A DNA stretch of 32,000 nt, taken from Alteromonas ponticola. Lineage in GTDB: Bacteria; Pseudomonadota; Gammaproteobacteria; Enterobacterales; Alteromonadaceae. The notes below the pieces were generated by a model that saw only the letters and a program-made list of their open reading frames with translations, searched no databases and was not told the DNA's origin. The stretch spans positions 327,078 to 359,077 of the forward strand of contig NZ_JAATNW010000003.1 in assembly GCF_012911815.1 (NCBI RefSeq), given 5' to 3'. Shown one piece after another: positions 24,944-32,000 of the stretch. Position 1 is the stretch's first letter; each line of letters starts with the position of its first letter. A program made the position numbers and the translations under genes.

Positions 24944-26085
24944 CTTAACACCTGCTCAAGCTGGGTAATAACATGTTGTTGGTCAGCTTCGCTTAACGTG
25001 GGATACAAGGGAAGGCTCAATGCCCTGTCATAATAGGTTTCTGCGTTAGTAAACTGGCCCTTCCTGAAGCCTAAGTTCTGATAGTAAGGGTGGAGATGGA
25101 TCGGAATATAATGCACATTGACCCCCACACCATTTTTACGCAGGGTATCAAACACATATTGTCGTGAGTGCTCGGTTAATTCGATGGTATACAAATGCCA
25201 GGCACTATTGTCATCCATCAATGGCTTTTTTACTGGCAGCGAGGGCAAAGCGTGATCATACCTTTTAGCCCTTTCACGTCTGGCTGCGATATATCCATCC
25301 AGTCTTTGCAGCTGGCTTTTGCCTAATACAGCATGCAGGTCACTTAACCGATAATTATAACCAAGTTCAAGTTGAGTGTAGAACCAGCCCTGTTGAGCGT
25401 CGCTTGTATTCAACATTGCAGGGTCCCGGGTGATACCATGAGAGGCAAACAGCTTAAGCTTTTGCCTGAAACGCTCAGAATTTGTGGTTACCGCTCCCCC
25501 CTCGGCCGAGGTAATGGATTTGACCGGATGAAAACTTAATACCGTCATATCGGTATAAGTACACTTACCCACATTGTTGTCCTGTGCATCCCGGCCCCCT
25601 AATGCATGCGCCGCATCCTCAATGAGAACGATGCCATAAGGGTTGGTTAACTCGCTAATGGCTTTCATATCACAACTGCTGCCAGCAAAATGTACCACCA
25701 CTATTGCTTTGGGTAAGGTCTTTTGCTTTTTCGCGTGCGCAATTTTCTCCTCTAGCGCACTAATCGACATGTTACGGGTGTCAGGATCGATATCGACAAA
25801 GTCCACCCTGGCACCACAATACAAAGCACAATTTGCCGAGGCTGCAAAAGAGTTTGGCGACGTCCACACCAAGTCACCGGGTCCGATCTCAGCGGCTAAG
25901 CACGCGATATGCAATGCAGAGGTGCCGCTGTTGGCAGCTACCGTATACTTTGCACCGGTGTAGTCACACAAGGCCTGTTCAAAAGCCGGAACCTGTGCGC
26001 CCTGAGTTAAAAATTCATTTTTGAGTACATCAACAACAGCGTCTATATCCGATTCTTGAATATCGTGACAACCATAAGGGATCAT
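24940..26085 (-). CDS. pseC: UDP-4-amino-4,6-dideoxy-N-acetyl-beta-L-altrosamine transaminase (DegT family)
   Basis: MIPYGCHDIQESDIDAV..., EDAAHALGG and SFHPVKSITSAEGGAV (PLP Lys). It lies directly after pseB with a 4-nt overlap. Confidence 0.85.
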   Translation of the reverse strand: MIPYGCHDIQESDIDAVVDVLKNEFLTQGAQVPAFEQALCDYTGAKYTVAANSGTSALHIACLAAEIGPGDLVWTSPNSFAASANCALYCGARVDFVDIDPDTRNMSISALEEKIAHAKKQKTLPKAIVVVHFAGSSCDMKAISELTNPYGIVLIEDAAHALGGRDAQDNNVGKCTYTDMTVLSFHPVKSITSAEGGAVTTNSERFRQKLKLFASHGITRDPAMLNTSDAQQGWFYTQLELGYNYRLSDLHAVLGKSQLQRLDGYIAARRERAKRYDHALPSLPVKKPLMDDNSAWHLYTIELTEHSRQYVFDTLRKNGVGVNVHYIPIHLHPYYQNLGFRKGQFTNAETYYDRALSLPLYPTLSEADQQHVITQLEQVLS

Positions 26086-27089
26086 TCTGTCACCTTGTCC
26101 AGCTCTTTTAACTCATCCACGGTTAAGAAATGGGGGTTGCGACCAGAGTGATATTCAAACTTATCCGGCGCCGCAACACCTGTTTCGCCAGCTTTATTTT
26201 TCAGGTAATTAACATTTTTATCGAAAAACTTAATGGCAGGGGTAATAACGTAATGATCATCAAACTCTACGGTATGGTGGGCCATTTCCTCTGGCACCAT
26301 TAATTCGTGGAGCTTTTCGCCAGGGCGAATGCCAATAAGTTCGTACTCTCGGCTTCCGCTCATCGCTTCAACTAAATCAATGATGCGAATAGACGGGATT
26401 TTTGGGACGAAAATTTCGCCACCTTGCATGCGAGCGAAGTTTTTAACAACGAACTCTACGCCTTCATCTAAAGTAATCCAGAAGCGGGTCATTTCTGCGT
26501 GGGTGACTGGAAGCTTCTTGATCCCCTCTTTAATCATTTTTCTATAAAGCGGTACAACTGAACCTCGCGAGCCGACAACATTGCCGTAGCGTACCACGGA
26601 AAAACGTGTACCATTAGCTCCGGAAATGTTATTAGCGGCTACGAATAACTTATCTGAGGCAAGTTTTGTTGCACCGTATAAATTAACCGGATTGGCTGCT
26701 TTGTCGGTAGATAACGCAATTACCCTTGGGACATTGCACGCTATCGCAGCATCTATAACGTTCTGTGCACCATTGATATTAGTCTTGATACATTCATTAG
26801 GGTTATATTCAGCAGCTGGAACTTGCTTTAATGCAGCAGCATGAATTACGTAATCAACTCCCTTCATGGCAATTTTAAGGCGTTCGTTATCTCTAACATC
26901 TCCGATAAAGTAACGCATACAAGGTTGATCGAAAACCTGATGCATTTCATATTGTTTAAGCTCGTCTCTCGAATAAATAATAATTTTCTTCGGATTCGCA
27001 GTCGCTAAAAGAAATTTGACGAAGCGCTTCCCAAAAGAACCGGTACCGCCAGTGATTAAGATAGAGCTATTATCGAACTTATTTGTCAT
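26082..27089 (-). CDS. pseB: UDP-N-acetylglucosamine 4,6-dehydratase (inverting)
   Basis: ILITGGTGSFGKRFVKFLL...IIIYSRDELKQYEM...FIGDVRD...YGATKLASDKLF is the PseB/FlmA/CapD short-form pattern. Length is 335 aa. Confidence 0.9.
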   Translation of the reverse strand: MTNKFDNSSILITGGTGSFGKRFVKFLLATANPKKIIIYSRDELKQYEMHQVFDQPCMRYFIGDVRDNERLKIAMKGVDYVIHAAALKQVPAAEYNPNECIKTNINGAQNVIDAAIACNVPRVIALSTDKAANPVNLYGATKLASDKLFVAANNISGANGTRFSVVRYGNVVGSRGSVVPLYRKMIKEGIKKLPVTHAEMTRFWITLDEGVEFVVKNFARMQGGEIFVPKIPSIRIIDLVEAMSGSREYELIGIRPGEKLHELMVPEEMAHHTVEFDDHYVITPAIKFFDKNVNYLKNKAGETGVAAPDKFEYHSGRNPHFLTVDELKELDKVTE

Positions 27090-30000
27090 TCGTGACCTCA
27101 GACTTGTATCGCTCTTTTAGAATTGATTTGCCCTCTTTGCTTTCGGCACCAGTGATAACGTGGCTAACAAAGTCAGTTTTCTTCAATTTTCGGGGAATCA
27201 ATTTGGCCCTTGTGCCGTCGGCTAATAGCTGCTCGTCAGCGTTTAAATATTCGTTTGCCAAACCTAACATTGCTGAACCTAGTTCGTAGACTATAAATTC
27301 GCTAAATATATCAATGTCATAAAGACTAGATACATCATCAGTTTCTAGCACATTTAATCGACCTAAAAAGCCAATGAACTTAGCGCTAGCTGTCGATGCA
27401 ATAAAGGAAATCGCAGCTCTTTGAAAGTCGTTGCAAAAAGTTGGCTTACCAGGTTCCTTCCAGTCACCTGGTAATAAAACGCTCACCTTTTTTTCCCGCA
27501 AATTTTTAATGAAAGCAGTTTGAGACCGAAGGACATTAATTTCTTTGTGGCAGGACAAAGGCGGTTCATGATTATCCCAATTTTGATGCAAAATCATTGA
27601 GCTTGTATTAGTAAAGTACAGATCCATTTTCTCTAAGTAGAAATTTATAAAAGGCTGCTTGCTTTCAGGATTAGCCACTACTTTAAATGGATTGTTCTTT
27701 AAGTAGTCCCTCAGAATTATTGGTGCTCTTTCAGCGCCCATATTGGTAATGTAACAGAAATCTCTTGCTGCATTTACCTGCAATGTTTGAATTTGCAACA
27801 AATAATAAGTCCAGATCTCTTGCAACCGACGAATTAACTTTAATGCAGTTTTTGAGTCATCGACATTGACTATTTTCATCATTGCACTGCTAATAAAGTT
27901 AAAGGAGCCATTGAGATAATAAAATAAGAGGCTCTGCTGCCTAAAATAGGAGCCAATCAAAAAACTACGTTGCTCATTCAAATGTGCTTCAGCATTTGAT
28001 ACAGAGTCAATTTTTTTTCGCGCAGTTTTAATTAATTCTTTTATCTCAATACACGTAATATCGTGTCTAAACTTGGAATTAAATGAATTGGTAAAGGTGG
28101 AGGATGCGAGTGAATAAAAACATTTATTTTTTAAGTTAAATAATGTTTGTTGTTTACCTTTTCGTGAACCCGTAATCATAAGGTGATCTTTAACAAGAGG
28201 TATCGAACCACGAATTTTGGCACCATCATTTAAATTATAAACATCTCTTGCTCTTGATAGCGCTTTTTCCAATATTGTTATTGCTAATCTAAACTCATAT
28301 TTAGTTTTAACGAAAGGTCTAAAATTACCTTCGATAGTAAGTGTCGTTTTAATACTTTTCGCAAAATCATAAATCTCCTTACCATCATCAGAATAATAAC
28401 CGGATGATTTAGAGTGGTGATGCTTTACATCTATAAAACCTAGATCAACACCCATCAAATAGAGCTGGGTAAAACCAACCTCGGTAAAAAAATTAGCCAC
28501 AAAGTTGGTCACGGTAGGGTAAGCGTGATGAAGTCTGGTGTAAGGGAATTCGTCAAAAAGTTTTGAAATTGCTACGGTCGCAGACTCGCCTTCCTTAAAC
28601 GCGATATAGACATCTTTGAAAAGGTTACAGGTATCCGGGTGAATGCCATTACAACTTAGCAGGGTTATTTTTTTCAGGTAATCTAAGTCGCCAACCCTTA
28701 CCGTCCAATCGTAAGTGGCACGGTTTGATTCAATTTCAGCGTGGAAATCCGGCGTAATGCCGTGCTTATACAAAGTTTTTAGCGCTGTACCGCATGAGAC
28801 AATTATTGCCTGACCCTGATATTCCTGAATCAGGTCAATCAAATTATCTAGTGAGGGGCCGTTGCCCACTATAAATACTGGCGTATCTTTCTCATCGGCA
28901 CTTAAGTATTGCCGTGCATCAGCTTTTAATACGGGTATTTCGTTCTCCATCCCCCAACGTGTATGAGCGATACAGTATTTAGAGTGGTCAAAGTAGTCAC
29001 CGAGAGAAACGATAACCTGAAGCTGTTCTCTTAAATTTTGGATGGCGCGAGTTAAATAGCGATTGTAATACCCCTGATAGAAAAACGTGCTAGCCAACAG
29101 ATAAGGGCCAACCGTATGGAATTGTGTCAGCAGGTCTTCAATTAAGTGGGTGCCATCATCACCAATATTCAGATAGATCCGTTTATCTTCCTGCTCAATT
29201 TTTTCAAGGATTTGGTGCCAGTCGATAGCAAATAACGATGCATAGAAAAAGTCTCTGTTGGGCTCACAGATAAAGACTTTTTCCAGCCTGTTTTCATTCG
29301 CTAACTGTTCAAACCCATAGCCAGTCCCAATTCCGAATATTATGATAGCTTTAACAGTTTCGGGTAAAGGGCGCTGCTCATCCTCTACTTCCTTTAACAC
29401 TTCATCTACTTCAGCCACCATCTGATAATGCAGATATGATTTAAGTTTTTTACCTGTGAAGTTCAGTACTAATCCATCATTATTTGGGTACTTCTTGAAA
29501 ACCTCGATACTTTTAGTGTGCTCTGCCTGGGGATTGCTGCCATAAAGTGGCGTCATAGTTGCCACATTCAGCAGGTTTACCTGGCCCTCATCATTCGCTA
29601 CCGGAAACCAGAATTCGGGGTAGTAGTGGTTAAACTCGTCGTACAGGTTTGGTATAAATTTTTTAAATGCGTCTAAGTTTTTTCTGAACTTTGCAATATC
29701 TAACTTTGTTCTGGACCACTCTGAATAGTTAATAGGGTAAGTAAATTCTTCTAAAAACTGTTCCGACCTGGCTATCGGTTGGGGCTTTACCGTTTTTTGT
29801 GTAAATTGTTGCCAGGGAAACTCACACAGCCTATTGATAAGTTGGTCAAATACTGGATGGTTGTAGTGTTTAAAGACGGTAAACTCATCGAACTTCGCAA
29901 CACTTGAAAGCTCGGTCAGGTTATCGGCCAGGTTGCTGCCATCCTCACCCAGCATCATATAAATCGCCGTGTTTTTCTCTGCCGCTACGCCCAGCATCTT

Positions 30001-30546
30001 CTGCCAATCAGCCATGGCCAGTGAGCACTTGAAATAGGCTGGTTCTGGTTCGTAAATCACCAAGTGATCAATTTGATACCGTTTTACCAACTCGGGTAAA
30101 TGAAGTGCTCCACCGATGCCTAGCACTACTAATACTGGTATATGCGATGGCGCCGAATTACTGGTATAGAGCTTATTTGCAATCGGGCTATCAATACCTG
30201 CGATATTTTCCTCGCCTGCAGGTTGCTCAAACGTGTCCACACTAAAGGTCAACGCTCGTTGACTAAATTGGTTCACCTGCTCGGTAACTTCAGCGTTGGG
30301 ACTCAGATCATAAAAGGTTCTACCTTCCGCCGTATTGACAATGTTTATTTCACTATGTTTGTTACATAGAATGGAGATGTGATTGCTATGTATTTTAAAA
30401 ATCTGGTCGTACACCGGCGGTATATAGCGCTTAAATGCGGCCAGATTTTTTTGTTCACGTTGGAGAATTAGCGGAGACGCGTGCTGTTCTATCGAATTTT
30501 GGACTTCTTTATCTTCATCGACATGAAGAAAGACATTTTTTAGCAT
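27079..30546 (-). CDS. maf: Motility accessory factor (Maf; MAF_flag10/DUF115 domain), unusually long (1155 aa) with a duplicated N-terminal module
   Basis: The DUF115 core is TPVFIVGNGPSLDNLIDLIQEYQGQAIIVSCGTALKTLYKHGITPDFHAEIE (residues about 555-606). The Maf-type N-terminal opener NL.AFK+.IP..YD occurs twice, at residues 34-47 and 290-303. Its start overlaps the upstream ORF's stop (TAATG at 30546). Confidence 0.75.
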   Translation of the reverse strand: MLKNVFLHVDEDKEVQNSIEQHASPLILQREQKNLAAFKRYIPPVYDQIFKIHSNHISILCNKHSEINIVNTAEGRTFYDLSPNAEVTEQVNQFSQRALTFSVDTFEQPAGEENIAGIDSPIANKLYTSNSAPSHIPVLVVLGIGGALHLPELVKRYQIDHLVIYEPEPAYFKCSLAMADWQKMLGVAAEKNTAIYMMLGEDGSNLADNLTELSSVAKFDEFTVFKHYNHPVFDQLINRLCEFPWQQFTQKTVKPQPIARSEQFLEEFTYPINYSEWSRTKLDIAKFRKNLDAFKKFIPNLYDEFNHYYPEFWFPVANDEGQVNLLNVATMTPLYGSNPQAEHTKSIEVFKKYPNNDGLVLNFTGKKLKSYLHYQMVAEVDEVLKEVEDEQRPLPETVKAIIIFGIGTGYGFEQLANENRLEKVFICEPNRDFFYASLFAIDWHQILEKIEQEDKRIYLNIGDDGTHLIEDLLTQFHTVGPYLLASTFFYQGYYNRYLTRAIQNLREQLQVIVSLGDYFDHSKYCIAHTRWGMENEIPVLKADARQYLSADEKDTPVFIVGNGPSLDNLIDLIQEYQGQAIIVSCGTALKTLYKHGITPDFHAEIESNRATYDWTVRVGDLDYLKKITLLSCNGIHPDTCNLFKDVYIAFKEGESATVAISKLFDEFPYTRLHHAYPTVTNFVANFFTEVGFTQLYLMGVDLGFIDVKHHHSKSSGYYSDDGKEIYDFAKSIKTTLTIEGNFRPFVKTKYEFRLAITILEKALSRARDVYNLNDGAKIRGSIPLVKDHLMITGSRKGKQQTLFNLKNKCFYSLASSTFTNSFNSKFRHDITCIEIKELIKTARKKIDSVSNAEAHLNEQRSFLIGSYFRQQSLLFYYLNGSFNFISSAMMKIVNVDDSKTALKLIRRLQEIWTYYLLQIQTLQVNAARDFCYITNMGAERAPIILRDYLKNNPFKVVANPESKQPFINFYLEKMDLYFTNTSSMILHQNWDNHEPPLSCHKEINVLRSQTAFIKNLREKKVSVLLPGDWKEPGKPTFCNDFQRAAISFIASTASAKFIGFLGRLNVLETDDVSSLYDIDIFSEFIVYELGSAMLGLANEYLNADEQLLADGTRAKLIPRKLKKTDFVSHVITGAESKEGKSILKERYKSEVTNDK

Positions 30547-30863
30547 TATTTTTCGTACTTTTTAACCGCTGATCGACTGCGGACAAAATGCGTAATGTCA
30601 TCTTTAACCGAGGTCAGCATCTGCTGGGCAATTTCCTTTAGTCTATCATTAACCACAATCTCCTGTTTAGCAAATTCCTTAGCATTTTCAGAAGGTAATG
30701 ATTGCAAGTAGGACTGAATAAAGGTATCGCGCTCATCTGCATATTGATTGAGCTTAGTAACTCGATCGTCATCTTCTTCGGCAGATAAAAGCGCTGCAAT
30801 TTTTTCATTAATCTGCTGCAGCGCTGGAGGGGTCAGGGAATGATTAAGTTCGTCTATTTTCAC
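30546..30863 (-). CDS. Small acidic helical protein, possibly a FliT-like flagellar chaperone
   Basis: The position after fliS is where fliT-like genes sit in gammaproteobacterial polar flagellar loci. I moved the start to GTG 30861-30863, which overlaps the fliS TGA (GTGA). The ATG at 30932 would overlap fliS by 73 nt. No diagnostic motif was found. Confidence 0.35.
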   Translation of the reverse strand: MKIDELNHSLTPPALQQINEKIAALLSAEEDDDRVTKLNQYADERDTFIQSYLQSLPSENAKEFAKQEIVVNDRLKEIAQQMLTSVKDDITHFVRSRSAVKKYEK

Positions 30864-31288
30864 ACAGCTTGTCGTTGTTGTTCCATGGCCGCGTACGCCT
30901 CGTCTTTCGCAGACTGAGGAATTTGCACCCATGCATCACGAATTGGTGTTAATAAACTAGTCACTTCGTCAAGGATCTGCAAGTCATTCTTTACTAATGC
31001 ATCGGTTAAGCGATCAATCATGTAATCGTAAAGGGCGTACATATTTTCGGCAACTTCGCCGCCCACTTTCAGATCTAAGGTATCACGCAGGTTAATCAAT
31101 ATCGCTGATACGCGAGATAGATATTCGCTTTTTACCGCATGCTCTTTGCGTTCCATTGCGCCTTTTGCGAAGGCGATGCGATCCAGGGCTCCCTGCATCA
31201 GAAGTAACGTCAATCGATGCGGATCCGCGTTAGCGATATCCTGCTTAACGTTACCTTTTTTGTATGCATTAATACCTTTAAGTGACAT
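30860..31288 (-). CDS. fliS: Flagellar export chaperone FliS
   Basis: AYKKGNVKQDIANADPHRLTLLLMQGALDRIAFAKGAM...ILINLRDTLDLKVGGEVAENMYALYDYM...IRDAW follows the FliS family pattern. A GGAG Shine-Dalgarno lies upstream. Confidence 0.9.
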   Translation of the reverse strand: MSLKGINAYKKGNVKQDIANADPHRLTLLLMQGALDRIAFAKGAMERKEHAVKSEYLSRVSAILINLRDTLDLKVGGEVAENMYALYDYMIDRLTDALVKNDLQILDEVTSLLTPIRDAWVQIPQSAKDEAYAAMEQQRQAV

Positions 31289-31332
31289 ATCTACTCCAAC
31301 ACCTTTTTACTTTTTACTTTTTATTTTTTAAC

Positions 31333-32000
31333 TTAACCCAACATAGCGAACAAAGCAGAACCCGTTTGATTCATCTTTGCAATGGTTTGATCCAGCCCCA
31401 GATAACGGTCACGCAACATTTGTTCGTAACTAATCATTCTCACCTCTAAGCGTTCACGGTCATCGTATACCCGATCCTGGTCCTGCTTAGCCGCTTTCTC
31501 ACGAGTACTTATCAAACCACTCGACGATGTATATTGCTCAATGTAATCATACAGCCTGACTGCAATACCTTCGTTTTCGTCAGTAAACAGTTTGGCAATT
31601 TCATCAAAATTATCTTCCAATGCGTCTTCGAGCCGATCCTCACCGGTACCCAACCCATAGTTAGTGGTACCAATTTCAAGCTCACCGTCTTTGTTAAGTT
31701 CGACGCCGATAGTGAACAACCCCCCTAACGCAGACGCTGAAACGTTGCTGCTCATTATTGAGCCTAAGCCGCCCTGCATACCGCGAATAAGAGAATCACC
31801 TGCCAGTACTCCGTCATCTTCTAATTCTGATGCACCATACTTGGTTAGTTTCTTGATTTCGGAAATGACACCATTATAATTTTCCACCAGGCTTCGAATT
31901 TTCTCTTCCAAACCTTCTTTGTCAAAACCAATTTCCAGCGTGGATGCTACCGGCGTAACGCCGTCAGCGGCCATAGGCGATACATCTTTAGCCGTAAAAG
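31333..32000 (-). CDS. fliD: Flagellar filament cap protein FliD (hook-associated protein 2), C-terminal part; the gene continues beyond the window
   Basis: The frame stays open from 31974 to base 32000 (..FTAKDVSPMAADG..), so the listed Met is internal. The C-terminus ...ISYEQMLRDRYLGLDQTIAKMNQTGSALFAMLG is typical of FliD_C. Confidence 0.85.
   Translation of the reverse strand, partial: FTAKDVSPMAADGVTPVASTLEIGFDKEGLEEKIRSLVENYNGVISEIKKLTKYGASELEDDGVLAGDSLIRGMQGGLGSIMSSNVSASALGGLFTIGVELNKDGELEIGTTNYGLGTGEDRLEDALEDNFDEIAKLFTDENEGIAVRLYDYIEQYTSSSGLISTREKAAKQDQDRVYDDRERLEVRMISYEQMLRDRYLGLDQTIAKMNQTGSALFAMLG

Noticed and set aside
219-26844. Many 60-166-aa ORFs in the six-frame track lie antisense to, or out of frame within, the large genes. 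Examples: 219-461(-), 1064-1303(-), 4347-4754(-), 4675-4980(-), 11614-12039(+), 13612-14052(+), 14735-15235(+), 15069-15383(+), 18901-19197(+), 21571-21810(+), 22683-13012(+) corrected to 22683-23012(+), 25643-25963(+) and 26329-26547(+).
   Set aside because: Each lies fully inside a longer ORF that carries clear family motifs and operon-consistent start/stop coupling. Their translations are low-complexity (rich in S, L, R and C) with no motifs. I treat them as shadow ORFs.
29921-29928. TTATCGGC on the plus strand, which is GCCGATAA on the minus strand and matches the -10 element of FliA (sigma-28) promoters.
   Set aside because: It lies inside the maf coding region. The sequence 15 or so nt upstream on the minus strand (GGTGAGGATGGCAGCAACCTG) has no TAAAG-like -35 element.
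1-32000. A search by eye for defence systems, toxin-antitoxin pairs, CRISPR repeats, IS elements, integrases and prophage genes, given the hint of a novel system.
   Set aside because: Every ORF above about 100 aa that has operon support is assignable to flagellar, sugar-nucleotide, acyl or phosphorus-headgroup metabolism, or is a small orphan inside such an operon. I saw no nuclease, helicase, ATPase-effector, recombinase or repeat-spacer signatures.

Overview
The window covers one end of a polar-flagellum locus and the very large glycan-modification island it runs into. The flagellar genes are fliD (3' part, open past base 32000), fliS and a small FliT-like ORF. I see no rRNA, tRNA, CRISPR array, transposase, integrase or obvious pseudogene.

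Minus strand, 31288 down to 11301. This is a nearly gap-free co-directional array of 19 genes:
- fliS, a small ORF and a giant 1155-aa Maf (motility accessory factor).
- A complete CMP-pseudaminic acid pathway (pseB, pseC, pseF, pseI, pseG, pseH) interrupted by a GT9-fold gene.
- A five-gene acyl-handling cassette: carrier protein, SDR, adenylating ligase, LuxE-like and LuxC-like.
- A phosphonate (C-P) cassette: cytidylyltransferase-PEP mutase fusion, phosphonopyruvate decarboxylase, Fe-alcohol dehydrogenase and a LicD-family transferase.

Positions 6450-11224. This is a markedly AT-richer mosaic. It holds an FdtA-like ketoisomerase, a DegT-type aminotransferase, a GT61/DUF563 transferase and a GNAT.

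Plus strand, 1-6449. This operon contains, in family and size, all four enzymes of the Campylobacter jejuni phosphoramidate (P-N) donor pathway (Cj1415, Cj1416, Cj1417 and Cj1418 types). It has no methyltransferases. Instead it carries a TagF-like transferase, a non-canonical formyltransferase-fold protein and an orphan ORF.

Main hypothesis, which is inference. This is a flagellin (or surface glycan) glycosylation island that combines pseudaminic acid with two rare phosphorus chemistries (P-C and P-N) and an acyl-carrier module. All product calls rest on motifs read by eye from the supplied translations; no database search was possible.
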